From: an uncultured virus (IMG/VR IMGVR_UViG_3300017991_003073)
Lineage: Duplodnaviria > Heunggongvirae > Uroviricota > Caudoviricetes
Direction: 5' to 3' (one strand)
DNA length: 64,000 bases
IMG/VR virus record: IMGVR_UViG_3300017991_003073
The position numbers were made by a program, and so were the translations under genes. Under the pieces are notes generated by a model. It searched no databases. It saw only the letters and a program-made list of their open reading frames with translations, and had not been told where the DNA came from. Below are positions 35,378-45,080 of this stretch, in pieces. Position 1 is the first letter of the stretch, and the number at the start of each line of letters is the position of its first letter.

Positions 35378-36448
35378 TTACCTCAGTCTCAGGGTGAAGA
35401 CCCGGTTGTCGGGTCCAAACTGGCGATTGCCTACGTAGAGATAATCTCCGGCAGCGGCGATGCCGAAGAAGTAGTCCGTCCCAGTGGTCTCGATGATCTT
35501 CAGTAGCCGTACATTCAAGGGATCTGCAAGGGACCACACTCGAAGCAGCCGTCCGTTGGCCCCTGTCGAGAATGTACTAGTGAGCAGAACGTTGCCGTTG
35601 AACTCCAGATTCGACTCATCGCCGTTGTTGAAGCATGGTAGGGACTGCACCAGGGTAGGGGTTGTTGGATCGGTGCAGTCAATCACATAGAGCAGGTTCG
35701 TTCCGTTTCGAGCGAGGACGTAAGCGATCTGCTTGCGGACGAGTATGCGTCGGACGTTGCCTCCCAAACCCGCTAAGGTACCCAGTAGTGTCGGGGTGGT
35801 TGGGTCACTAACATCGATCACTCGTAACGACCCTTCGGTGAAGGACGTAGCGTAGCCGTAGCCCCCTTCAATTGCCGCATCAGCATACGCCGTCCCGTCG
35901 ATCAGGCTCCCAATGATTGTCATGGTTGCTTGATCGATTACGCGAAAGCCTGTGCCTCCATTGGTTGTAGCGGCGACGATAAGAGTGGCGTCCTCGTTGA
36001 CATCGAAGCCGAAGGGCTGAGCGCCACAATTCGCGGTTGCGATTTGCACTGGTGCGGCAGGGTCAGATACGTCGTACTTCCGTACCCGACTCCCCGAACT
36101 GGTGCAGATCCACGCTAGCCCCATATCCGTACGAGCCCTCACTTTGTAGGGGAGAGGAGATATCCCGGCGAAGATCTCTCCAATAATCTCCGGCTCTGCG
36201 GGGTCCGCTAAAGAAGCAACATGGAAACCCCAAGGGTTGCCAAATGCCACGAAGTACAGGAAGCCACGGTCTGCGTATAGCGCAGAAGGACGGATCCGAG
36301 GAGCAAGCCCACTGGTTGCCGATGAAACAACAGGAGGGGCCTCAAAGAGGTTGATGGAGGAGGTCATCTCCGGGCGGAGGATGTCTCCTTTGCGGAGACC
36401 TCTCGGGAAAGCTGCGGTAGGGGGAGGAGGGAAGGTGAAGTCGCCCAC
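35378..36448 (-). CDS. LVIVD-repeat beta-propeller protein (356 aa)
   Basis: Repeats YDVSDPAAP, LRVIDVSDPTTP, LYVIDCTDPTTP and VWSLADP. Confidence 0.85.
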   Translation of the reverse strand: MGDFTFPPPPTAAFPRGLRKGDILRPEMTSSINLFEAPPVVSSATSGLAPRIRPSALYADRGFLYFVAFGNPWGFHVASLADPAEPEIIGEIFAGISPLPYKVRARTDMGLAWICTSSGSRVRKYDVSDPAAPVQIATANCGAQPFGFDVNEDATLIVAATTNGGTGFRVIDQATMTIIGSLIDGTAYADAAIEGGYGYATSFTEGSLRVIDVSDPTTPTLLGTLAGLGGNVRRILVRKQIAYVLARNGTNLLYVIDCTDPTTPTLVQSLPCFNNGDESNLEFNGNVLLTSTFSTGANGRLLRVWSLADPLNVRLLKIIETTGTDYFFGIAAAGDYLYVGNRQFGPDNRVFTLRLR

Positions 36449-37053
36449 TAGACCGCCCTTTGCCCTGCGCGACCATAGGCCTCCACAGCAATCGTGCCGT
36501 CGAAGGTACTGCCCACGTCGTTGTTGCGAATACGTCCCCAGAGGTAGGCCTGTTGGCTATCCAAAGAGCCTTGCATGAGCCCTAACACGGCTGCTCGGTA
36601 GACCACCGGCCCGTCAGTGGCTTCGATGATGTTCGGGGCCAGGAACTGTAGGCCAGGGTCGTTGACATCGTAGGTGCCAGCGTCACGGTTGGCTTCCGTG
36701 TCGTACAGCGCCACATCGAAGGCGGAGATCCCTGGGCCGGGGTTGATATCGCTGATCTCCAGAGTCAGCGCATTCATCTCCACGAACGTCGATGGGATGG
36801 GGACAACAAAGCTGGATTCACCACCGCCTGCTGGGACATCCTCACCTGCGGGAGAGGTACTGGAGAGTCCGATACTGGGAGGATCGGCCACCCCTGAAAC
36901 GAGGTTGGTGAGCAGCCGGAGGCAGCGTACGACCCAACCTGGAAACCCCCCTCTTGTTTGGCGTTTCGAGGACGGAGCCGGAGCCACGTCGTTCTGGTTA
37001 AGGGGATCGGGCTTCCGGAGGAGGCCTTTGAGTTGGGTTAGATGGTCGGCCAT
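36448..37053 (-). CDS. putative virion surface protein (201 aa)
   Basis: Shares an N-terminal motif with neighbouring spike genes; beta-rich C-terminus. Confidence 0.75.
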   Translation of the reverse strand: MADHLTQLKGLLRKPDPLNQNDVAPAPSSKRQTRGGFPGWVVRCLRLLTNLVSGVADPPSIGLSSTSPAGEDVPAGGGESSFVVPIPSTFVEMNALTLEISDINPGPGISAFDVALYDTEANRDAGTYDVNDPGLQFLAPNIIEATDGPVVYRAAVLGLMQGSLDSQQAYLWGRIRNNDVGSTFDGTIAVEAYGRAGQRAV

Positions 37054-37088
37054 GTTGGTTGGTTCCGTGGTCGGCCATGGTTAGGCGA

Positions 37089-38201
37089 CTAAATGATGAT
37101 GGAGGCCGATACCGTAGCGTCAACCAGCTGACCGTTGAGTGGCCCCGATTGGGACAACACTAACTGCAAAGTCTCTCCGGCGAGCAGAGGAACGAGGACA
37201 GTCCCGATGGATGTCCCTTGGTCTTCGCCTCCAAAGTTGCCTGTGGTTATGCGAGATTCCGGCAGTAGGAGTGCGCCATTCTTAAGCAGCTGAGCAGTAC
37301 AGTTCCAAGTGGGGGCTCCGAGCGATTGGATGGAGAACCAGTACGATATGCGGTAAAGCCCTTGTACTTTCGCTTGGATTAGAGTGGGACTTCCGGCATC
37401 CCAGTCGAGGATTTCGTCGTTCTGCTCTTGGAAGAGGGTGTCGAAAGGAACAGGCGTACCGGGGGCAGGGAAGTTGGCGGCTGCCCAAGCCGTTGTGCGT
37501 CCCACCTGGATGTAGACCTCTTGACGGCCTATGGAGCCCCATCCTCCACCACCAACAACTCCGATCTGGATCACGTCACCGATGCTCGGCAACTCGACCT
37601 TGGTGTGGCCTTGGGGGAAAGTGTCAGGACCGGTTAGCTGAATGGTGAGCGAGTTTCCACCACCGAAGTGCCAGATGTAATACTCTCGGATGGAAGGTGA
37701 GGCAGGTACCGAAGAGGCGAGGGGTAGCGTCACCACGGTCGGACCTGCTGTGGTGTCTACTGCAACAACGCAGTCCGTATCGACGTTCAGGGGTACCGAG
37801 GCTCCGCCTCCGACACTGCGGAGCGGGAGACGCCGAGGAGGGAGGAAGATCTGGTCGATGGCGTCCTGAACGTTGGTCGCTGCGAGCAGTGTGCTGCTGT
37901 TGTCGTAGCCGATACCCTTCGCGAGGCCTGGGCCGAGGTTGACCCAGTTGGTACCTCCCGTAACCCAGAAGAACTCGTCCCCTGGCTGGAAGGTCTGGGG
38001 AGGGGCGACTGTGTTGTCGGTGACTGGCGTTGGGTTCCCGGCGGGACAGCGGTACGTCCAGCCGTTCTCCCTTTCGGCAGGAGTGGGGATCGCTAAGAAA
38101 TCAGCGTCCGCTGTGATGACACCCTTTATCTCAAGGGCTTGTGCGGCTACCAAAGCGGCTTCGACGGCTTCCTGAACGAATGCTGCGTCACGGTGGGACA
38201 T
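37089..38201 (-). CDS. putative fibre protein with C1q/BclA-like head (370 aa)
   Basis: N-domain paralogous to part of 33781..35373; C-terminal VPFD...GLYRISY...LLKNG...LVPLLAGETLQL. Confidence 0.75.
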   Translation of the reverse strand: MSHRDAAFVQEAVEAALVAAQALEIKGVITADADFLAIPTPAERENGWTYRCPAGNPTPVTDNTVAPPQTFQPGDEFFWVTGGTNWVNLGPGLAKGIGYDNSSTLLAATNVQDAIDQIFLPPRRLPLRSVGGGASVPLNVDTDCVVAVDTTAGPTVVTLPLASSVPASPSIREYYIWHFGGGNSLTIQLTGPDTFPQGHTKVELPSIGDVIQIGVVGGGGWGSIGRQEVYIQVGRTTAWAAANFPAPGTPVPFDTLFQEQNDEILDWDAGSPTLIQAKVQGLYRISYWFSIQSLGAPTWNCTAQLLKNGALLLPESRITTGNFGGEDQGTSIGTVLVPLLAGETLQLVLSQSGPLNGQLVDATVSASIII

Positions 38202-38222
38202 CGTGCATCTCCGAAAGGTTTC

Positions 38223-38696
38223 TTAGAGGACGTACCACTCGCCGCTGAAGCCGAGGGTTGGGAGGGTTTGGTACTGGACCGTCAAGGTCTGAGTGGCCTG
38301 ACCATCGATGGTGTCCGTGCCGTTTGCAGCCACCGACACGGTATCGAAGGTGGCTCCAGTACCCTTGTTCTTGACCGTGACCTTCAACCTCCCTGTGTTC
38401 GGTAGCGCCGGGAGGTTGACTGTGCAAGGGCTTCCAGGTGCGGTCTCGCAGAGGATCAGGCTGTCTCCTGCCGAGGCGTTGTAGGTAGCCCCTGCGGCTA
38501 CGGTAACCACATTGCCCTGGTCTCCTGCCTGGGTCAGCAATGACACGATGCTTTGGATGAGCAGCTGTGCCCAACGAACGAACCCGCTTCGGGTGGGCCT
38601 GCGGCCCGTGGTCTGCGGAGCCACTTCGGATTCCCCTAGGGGAGGTGCGTCAGCAGCCCGCGCTACGATCTGTTCAAGGGTAAGCGGTGTGGTCAT
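38223..38696 (-). CDS. putative virion surface protein (157 aa)
   Basis: TVNLPA...VTVKN...GTDTIDG...WYVL fibre-type module; shared N-terminal motif. Confidence 0.75.
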   Translation of the reverse strand: MTTPLTLEQIVARAADAPPLGESEVAPQTTGRRPTRSGFVRWAQLLIQSIVSLLTQAGDQGNVVTVAAGATYNASAGDSLILCETAPGSPCTVNLPALPNTGRLKVTVKNKGTGATFDTVSVAANGTDTIDGQATQTLTVQYQTLPTLGFSGEWYVL

Positions 38697-38854
38697 CTAC
38701 GGGGTCCTTGTTGGGTGGTTATCAAAAGGTCGTGAGGCGTATTCTAAGGTGGATACCTTTGCATTGGAATATCCATATAGGGGTGTTAGCCTTGACACCA
38801 CGAGTAAACTAGATCGCAGTGTTCGAGTGCTTTCGTTTCCCCTGGAGGATACCT

Positions 38855-39922
38855 ATGACGACTGAACAAGACATCAACGCTCTGATCGAGAAGTTGACCA
38901 AGGGCAAAATCTCCCTCTCTCGCGGGGATCTCAACCCGCAGCCGACGGCTGGCGGTGGACTCCAAGCCCTGAAGAGGCTGATGCTCCAGAATGCGACCCT
39001 GCTGAAGGAAGTGGAGGCGGCAGCAGCCAAGGTGCCGGATACGGTGACCCCTGGCATCGACGCGAATACCCTCATACTGGCGCACCTCAACAGCATTGTC
39101 GCGGGATCAACACCGGATCGCTATCTCAACTCGGTGGACGAGGACAATCCGGAGGTCCCACCCATCGACAACACCGATGGGGACCAGACGCGGTTGGACC
39201 TCAACCGCCGCCACTTCGGGAAGGGCTCGGTCTTCTTCCCCAGCGACGAGTATGTCTTAGTCAACAACGGAGCCTGGATTCAGGCGAACCTCGCCGGTCT
39301 CGATGACTTCACCATCGAGTTCTGGATGACCAAGCTGATGAACAACATTCCAGGCCCCGGTGGTAGCCTCGTAGATCCCGACTTGGAGGATATCGCGTAC
39401 TTGGGTCTCTACGACAGCACCTCCCTCGGCGGGGCTCTGAATGCTTTTAAGGGGATCTTCCTAGTCGAATCCTCTGCTCAGCCAGGGCCGAACCTGCCGG
39501 ACGGTTTGACATTGCTCTATGGTGATGGGGCCTTAGGTCAAATCTCCTACCAACAGATCTGGCCCCGGCACTTGTGGTGGTACCATCTCGTTGTCCAGAA
39601 GAACGGCCCGGACATCCGGATCTTCATCAACGGAGAGCCGACTGCGCCAGCGACGACCGCTACCCAAAACATCGCCACGCTCGACACCCTTCACATCGGG
39701 CACGTCCCAGCGTTCGCCCCCTTCGTGGACAGTGTCGGTGCCCCGATGGGCGAGCGGTTCTTCTCCGGCTGGATCGATGAGGTGCGGATCAGCAACGTCG
39801 CCCGGTATCCGGTGACTGGGTTCACTTCCCCTAACTACCCGTGGGCGAAGAAAGCGATCACCTACCAGACCGACGATGGCATCTACATCGCTTCGGGGCA
39901 GTACTTCCAGGATCTCCCATAG
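38855..39922 (+). CDS. LamG/concanavalin A-like domain protein
   Basis: DFTIEFW, WYHLVV, IFING, LHIG and FSGWIDEVRISNVARY; GGAGG RBS before MTTEQD. Confidence 0.88.
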   Translation: MTTEQDINALIEKLTKGKISLSRGDLNPQPTAGGGLQALKRLMLQNATLLKEVEAAAAKVPDTVTPGIDANTLILAHLNSIVAGSTPDRYLNSVDEDNPEVPPIDNTDGDQTRLDLNRRHFGKGSVFFPSDEYVLVNNGAWIQANLAGLDDFTIEFWMTKLMNNIPGPGGSLVDPDLEDIAYLGLYDSTSLGGALNAFKGIFLVESSAQPGPNLPDGLTLLYGDGALGQISYQQIWPRHLWWYHLVVQKNGPDIRIFINGEPTAPATTATQNIATLDTLHIGHVPAFAPFVDSVGAPMGERFFSGWIDEVRISNVARYPVTGFTSPNYPWAKKAITYQTDDGIYIASGQYFQDLP

Positions 39923-39942
39923 CCCGTAGCCACAGCTACGGT

Positions 39943-40491
39943 CTACATAGAGGGGGCCGGGGCGCGAGTCCCGGCCTCTCCTTTTTGAAAAACTTTTTCA
40001 GTTTCGAGGATCCAACCCAGAGGGGTGATGTCCTCCTCGGGCTCGGTGAGAACGTCCAGAGTCACCCGTTGCCCTGCTAGCTGTGCGTTCCAGACTACCC
40101 AGGGCTCCTCCAGCCCTTCGTGGGTCCACCCTTCAAGAATCTGGCTCCGCTCGATCTTGCTCCCCTCCAGCGTCTCCTTGTGATCCTCATAGAGACACCT
40201 CCACGTCCACAGCATCAGGCCTGTAACGGGGCGTTCCCAGTCCAGATGAACGCGCCCCACCTCTTCGAGGGTAACCAACAGGAGGGGCTGTTCGATCCCC
40301 CTTCTACGCCACTCCAGTTTGATGCGGAGTGACCGAGGTACCCAGGCACCTTCTACGAAAGGGGACGGCTCCAGGAGAACGGATCCCATGCGTTCCCTGG
40401 TATCGCGGCCTGTCAGGCTTTCGGCCACGATCTCGATAGATTCATCGCCCTGCCGGATCGAGAACAGGACATCGACACGCTCTAAATGCAC
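39943..40491 (-). CDS. hypothetical protein (GTG start re-chosen)
   Basis: Part of ORF 39943..40629; AGGAGG upstream of the GTG at about 40491. Confidence 0.6.
   Translation of the reverse strand: MHLERVDVLFSIRQGDESIEIVAESLTGRDTRERMGSVLLEPSPFVEGAWVPRSLRIKLEWRRRGIEQPLLLVTLEEVGRVHLDWERPVTGLMLWTWRCLYEDHKETLEGSKIERSQILEGWTHEGLEEPWVVWNAQLAGQRVTLDVLTEPEEDITPLGWILETEKVFQKGEAGTRAPAPSM
39949..39986 (+). terminator. terminator after the LamG gene
   Basis: AGGGGGCCGGG...CCCGGCCTCTCC followed by TTTTT. Confidence 0.55.
39981..40005. promoter_or_regulatory. 25-bp palindromic operator-like site, copy 3
   Basis: CTTTTTG AAAAA C TTTTT CAGTTTC. Confidence 0.5.
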
Positions 40492-40585
40492 AGCCCCCTC
40501 CTGTTGCGGGTTTCCGGTTTCTGATGGAGAATGTGGCGTAGCAAGATTAGACCGAGCGTTGGTCAATACCATAGAAAGCAGAGCC

Positions 40586-41308
40586 ATGAACTGGACGGAG
40601 TACGCATTCGACACCGAGGCCGAGGCCAATGCTTTCCGGCAAGGAATCGAGTTCGAGCGCGAGGAGGTCCCTACGATTCAGGTCGAGTATCGGGACGATG
40701 CTGGGGAGTGGGTGGTGATGGTGGCTGAGGTCGCTACGGTCCAGGGGGACTGGGAGGACGATGAAGAACCTGAGTGGGAGCCTCAGGACGACGACATATT
40801 CATCCCTTGGAACAGCAGACCAGAGGTGTACGAGGCCTATTACATCAGGAAGCCGATTGCGGAAGCTGAAGACTTCGATTCGCTTCTCGCTGAGATCAAG
40901 TCTTGGATGGAGAAGAGCCAGTACTGGCCGAATGTGTGGGCGGAAGGGGAGCGCGGCGGATACGACCTCGTGAACCTGGAGACGGGTGAGTACATGTTCT
41001 ACCATCCCGGAGTGGGCGGCCCGACTGTGGGGATGGAGCCAGGGATGACTGCTGATGGTGAGGTGAGTACCGACCCCAACGACTGGCCGTCAGAAAACGA
41101 GATCGAGGAGATCTTCCGCAAGGGTCCAGAGTTCCAGGGGATGCTGGACCCCACTCGCGTCGAGGTGTTTTGGGAGCATGACCAGTACTGGATCCGGATC
41201 GAGGACGAGGGATATGACGCGAACGATAGCCTCGCGACCCGGACTTTCTCCGTGGTCGCTGCCGATCCTGGTGTCGAGAACTCCGGCATCGACTTCGAGG
41301 AGGTTTAG
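40586..41308 (+). CDS. acidic three-module protein (start re-chosen at MNWTEY)
   Basis: Three small acidic domains joined at ATVQG and PTVG. Confidence 0.8.
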   Translation: MNWTEYAFDTEAEANAFRQGIEFEREEVPTIQVEYRDDAGEWVVMVAEVATVQGDWEDDEEPEWEPQDDDIFIPWNSRPEVYEAYYIRKPIAEAEDFDSLLAEIKSWMEKSQYWPNVWAEGERGGYDLVNLETGEYMFYHPGVGGPTVGMEPGMTADGEVSTDPNDWPSENEIEEIFRKGPEFQGMLDPTRVEVFWEHDQYWIRIEDEGYDANDSLATRTFSVVAADPGVENSGIDFEEV

Positions 41309-41374
41309 GTCACCTGGGCGTCTTGTTCGGCGGTTCGGGCGGAGTGCCTAGGTCTATGAGCCTGCTCGTGTGCT

Positions 41375-42745
41375 TTACTCCCCGAGAGCGGCTTCGAGTA
41401 GGAGGTCCCCGTCGCTGAATGCCCCGGCATACATGGACTCGTAGAGCCATACCGCTTGGGCAACCTCCAGCGGCTTCATACCCTTGAGCCACGTCATCCC
41501 TCGTTCCTTGCTGCTGGGGAGAGCCAAAGCATCGCGGATAGCAGTGTCAAACTTCGCCGCCGATAGGCCAGCTTCACTCCTCGCTTCCCGGAACTTCTCT
41601 TGGATGGTGTCTCCGATGAAGGTCCACTGCTGGATTGGGTGGTTGGGATCGTCGAGGTTCTGGAGGAACGCTTCGGCCCAGTCGAGGCGGTTGTCGATGT
41701 ACCTTTGAAGGTCTTCGGCCTCGATCTCTTCCGGTGGGATTGGCTCCCCAGTGTCAGGGTCTTGGAGGGCGACGAAGGCACGGAGGAAACCCGTAGCAGC
41801 GCCTGCGATGTCGGCAGTGTACAGGGCCGCGTCTACCGCTAACTCAGCTATGGTATCGGACCCTTGCTCATGCCACGCCCGGAACTGGTAGGGCCGGATA
41901 TGCCCTATGATGCTGCTGAAGTTGACCCGGTAGGAGCCGTCGAGGAGCGACTCGATGGAGGGGGCTTTCAGAACAAGGTCGTGGATGTGGTTGGCCTCGT
42001 AGTTTTCGGTCCAGTCAGGGCTGTAACCCGCAACAGCCTCGGCTAGATCCTTCAGCCACTCTCGAACGGCATCAGGGTAAGGTTCGATGTACTTGGAGGT
42101 GGGGGCGAGTGTTTGCTGTCCTTCGGCGTTGAAGGCTTCTACGAACACAGGGTCGAGCATCTCCGCGAGGAAGCTGGGGTTCTTCCCGTAGCGGAGCCTT
42201 CCCTTCAGCTGGCTCTCGAAGATCTGGTGGATCGCGTTGAGTCGTTCAACCACAGGGCCGACCATTTCATCGATCTCGTTTACGTAGACGGAACCTACAG
42301 AACCGCCGGTCACCCCTTTCTTGGCGCACTCTGGGCCGATGCCCCGTTCGATGGACTCGGGTGTTGTAAGCCGCCGACCGCAACGCATACACTTCGCTTC
42401 GCCCAGTAGCCGGTAGCCCTTCTTGTGGAGAGCGGCCTCTTCGCGGAACTGCGCGAGGGACAGGAGCGTTTTCGCGGCCTTGGGGTAGAACCCAGAGTCG
42501 GTGTCCCGGTACTTCTTCCAGACGTAGATCTCCCGGCCATCCTTGCTCATAAACCCAAACGGTGTCCAGTCGTCCGAGTTGTTCGGCCCCGTGAGCATGT
42601 AAACCACACGCTGGCCCGGAGCGAACTTGGACTTCTTTGGTTGGGTCTGGACCTTGAAGGTACGATGGCCTCCCTTCGGGGATTCGATGGTCCAGATCCC
42701 GTTGAGGAGACCGAACTCTTCGGTCCAAGCGATAGGTTGTGTCAT
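41375..42745 (-). CDS. DUF6011-like Zn-binding domain protein with C-terminal helical extension
   Basis: CMRCGRRLTTPESIERGIGPECAKK. Confidence 0.8.
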   Translation of the reverse strand: MTQPIAWTEEFGLLNGIWTIESPKGGHRTFKVQTQPKKSKFAPGQRVVYMLTGPNNSDDWTPFGFMSKDGREIYVWKKYRDTDSGFYPKAAKTLLSLAQFREEAALHKKGYRLLGEAKCMRCGRRLTTPESIERGIGPECAKKGVTGGSVGSVYVNEIDEMVGPVVERLNAIHQIFESQLKGRLRYGKNPSFLAEMLDPVFVEAFNAEGQQTLAPTSKYIEPYPDAVREWLKDLAEAVAGYSPDWTENYEANHIHDLVLKAPSIESLLDGSYRVNFSSIIGHIRPYQFRAWHEQGSDTIAELAVDAALYTADIAGAATGFLRAFVALQDPDTGEPIPPEEIEAEDLQRYIDNRLDWAEAFLQNLDDPNHPIQQWTFIGDTIQEKFREARSEAGLSAAKFDTAIRDALALPSSKERGMTWLKGMKPLEVAQAVWLYESMYAGAFSDGDLLLEAALGE

Positions 42746-42863
42746 GGTTAGGCTCTACGGTCTACGGGACGGCTTCGGCCACCCAAGTGTTCCCGATGGG
42801 CGCGGTGGTCTGGACCCACTTCCAGTTGGACCTCCAGGAGGTCCGTGAGGTCTTGGAGTGTGG

Positions 42864-43910
42864 TCATTGTCGATTGGCCCAACTTTTTTCGGTAAAGACT
42901 TCTACCCGGTGCTGACGATTCTGGGTGTATTCCACTACGATCTTCGTTTTCGCCTTACTACGGCCCCCTGCGTCGTACGGCTCGACGCTAGCAACCTCCC
43001 ACACCTTGCCGCCTTTCGTCACAAAAGTATCACCTACGACCGGCTGTTCCTTCTCGTATAGTTTTTTGATCGTCGGTGGGTTGATCTTTCCGCCGCGTAG
43101 TTGGCGGCGTTTTGGTTGCCTCCGGCCCCCAGAGCCACTGACAGTCATTTCACCGGGAGGCAGTTTCAGCTTCTCTACTTCACGGCAAGCGGATAGAAGC
43201 ACGTAGTTGATGGCCTCTTTACCCATTCGGGAGGGCATCTTACGAACGCGCTCTTCCCAGTCGGTGGCGACGTTGTTATGTCCCAACTCACGCAGTCGCT
43301 GGCTGGCTGATAACAACGCCTCGCGGAGGTGTTTAACGGTCTTGATGTTACCGAAAGTCCCGATTGAATCGCGTAGCTTCGGTAGACGTTTTGTGCCGCT
43401 GACTTCGAGGGAGGCTGGGTCCGTGTACTGGCCGTCGAGGCGCTCCCCGTTCATGTCGATGGGGTAGCCGTTCTCGTCGGCTTGGAAGGTCATGTCGATG
43501 GTTTTGGGGTCGAGAGAGTCCACCCACATGTCGTTCAAGTAGTACAGGGTGTACCCGTCTGAAGTTTGGAACGTGGGGATCTGGGAGTGGAAGCCAGCGG
43601 TGGTCCGCTTGCCAGCACATAGATCACGGACAACCGACGCCAGTTTGTCGGCGTAGATGTCTTCCATTTCGGCCATGGTCACCCTGTCGTAGGACCCTCG
43701 TTTGATCCGAAACAACTCCACGTCGTAGAGGTCCCTGGGGTTCAACGTGATGGTGATGAACCGCATTGGCCCACCGCCCACTTTATAGGTCATGCTCTTC
43801 GCATTGTAGGTGTGGGCTTGCGCCCCGCACGAAGGAAGAGCCCAGAAGTCCGCATGGACGATCTGTTGGTGGATGGTGTTCGCAACGGTGGGGTCGGTAG
43901 TCTTAGCCAT
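42864..43910 (-). CDS. four-module protein (348 aa)
   Basis: Modules separated by TTAG, EVSG and TVSG; the first has ITLNPRDLYDVEL...DIYADKL, typical of small phage proteins. Confidence 0.8.
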   Translation of the reverse strand: MAKTTDPTVANTIHQQIVHADFWALPSCGAQAHTYNAKSMTYKVGGGPMRFITITLNPRDLYDVELFRIKRGSYDRVTMAEMEDIYADKLASVVRDLCAGKRTTAGFHSQIPTFQTSDGYTLYYLNDMWVDSLDPKTIDMTFQADENGYPIDMNGERLDGQYTDPASLEVSGTKRLPKLRDSIGTFGNIKTVKHLREALLSASQRLRELGHNNVATDWEERVRKMPSRMGKEAINYVLLSACREVEKLKLPPGEMTVSGSGGRRQPKRRQLRGGKINPPTIKKLYEKEQPVVGDTFVTKGGKVWEVASVEPYDAGGRSKAKTKIVVEYTQNRQHRVEVFTEKSWANRQ

Positions 43911-43916
43911 GGCGTT

Positions 43917-45077
43917 TTAGTAGCTGAAGAGGCGGCGAGAACCGCCAGAGGTGGTGAAAGGTAACTTGCGTGTAGGAGAGAAAGCGCAGGTGACCAACGC
44001 GGTCTTGGTGCCGGGGATGATCTCTACCGTCAGCTGACCTTTCTCATGCAGTCTATCGAGGAATGCCATCCCCTCTTCGCCAATTCCAACAGCTACGAAC
44101 TGTCGTAACCCATACCCTTGGAGAAGCCGACACCAGAGGCGTAGTAGGAACGTGCCGTACCCTCTGTGCCTCTCGGAAGCCGAAATGAAAACCAGGACGG
44201 GCTCGAAGAGGGAGCCGCTGTCGTAGTGTTGGACCTGGATGTAGCCTGCAAGTTGGCCCTGGAAATCGACCTCGCCCTCGTCCCAGAAGAAAGAAGGGAC
44301 CTCGATCTTCAGCGTCACCGGATCCACGGCGGGTGTGAGAGATCCCATGGTCCCGATGCGAACTACCATCTTCTGGCCCCACCCAGGCCCTTTGCTGAGC
44401 AATTCGATAGGGGTCCGATCCTCAACCCACTGGTAGGACATGTCCGGAGCGAAGAGTGGGCGGAATGGGGGTTTGGACAAGGACACCAGACGATCATCCC
44501 GCTTCGGGATCATGGTCGCGATGTTGGGGATCCCTTTCAGGTGGTCGAGGGTGTCCTGGTAGAGTGCCCCATACCTATCCTCAGCAGCAGGATCCCCAAG
44601 GGCGTATTGTGCAGCGATTTCCCGGCCTTCGGGGTAGCGGTACTCCGTTAGCTTCCCTGCGTGTTCCTCCAGCAGCTTTGCCTGAGCCTTGGCTGTGGCC
44701 TTGGCCTTGGCTTTCTTCTTCTTCGCCGTGGTCTTCTTTGCCTGCGCCTCTACCTGCTCTTTCTGCTCGGTCGTGCCGTGGCTAGCCGCTAACTTGATGA
44801 GATCAGCGGCGTACCCAATCATGGGGTGGCTGCCTAGTTTGACCCACCGTGACGCCGAACCCTTCGTGAATATCTGGATGTTCCGCGCCGTGAACTTGAT
44901 CCGGCGCTTGCCTTTGTCGTACGACCCCCAACGGTTCTTCTCGTACCCGAGTTGCCGGAGGTACCACTGAAGGAACGACTCAGCCTGTGCCCCCGAAGGG
45001 CGTTTATGGACGATCCCTCGCCTCGAAGCCTCTTCGAGGATCGCCACAGCTTCTTCGGCAGGCAACTCGGCAGACAT
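43917..45077 (-). CDS. protein with C-terminal GNAT acetyltransferase-like domain
   Basis: LVFISASERHRGYGTFLL (motif A, RxxGxG) and EEGMAFL. Confidence 0.6.
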   Translation of the reverse strand: MSAELPAEEAVAILEEASRRGIVHKRPSGAQAESFLQWYLRQLGYEKNRWGSYDKGKRRIKFTARNIQIFTKGSASRWVKLGSHPMIGYAADLIKLAASHGTTEQKEQVEAQAKKTTAKKKKAKAKATAKAQAKLLEEHAGKLTEYRYPEGREIAAQYALGDPAAEDRYGALYQDTLDHLKGIPNIATMIPKRDDRLVSLSKPPFRPLFAPDMSYQWVEDRTPIELLSKGPGWGQKMVVRIGTMGSLTPAVDPVTLKIEVPSFFWDEGEVDFQGQLAGYIQVQHYDSGSLFEPVLVFISASERHRGYGTFLLRLWCRLLQGYGLRQFVAVGIGEEGMAFLDRLHEKGQLTVEIIPGTKTALVTCAFSPTRKLPFTTSGGSRRLFSY

Positions 45078-45080
45078 AGG

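Noticed and set aside
38792..38820. TTGACA upstream of the LamG gene as a sigma70 promoter
   Set aside because: No acceptable -10 hexamer at 16-18 bp spacing.
40585..40588. Second shared CATG divergent start
   Set aside because: The minus-strand gene has a better SD-supported GTG start near 40491.
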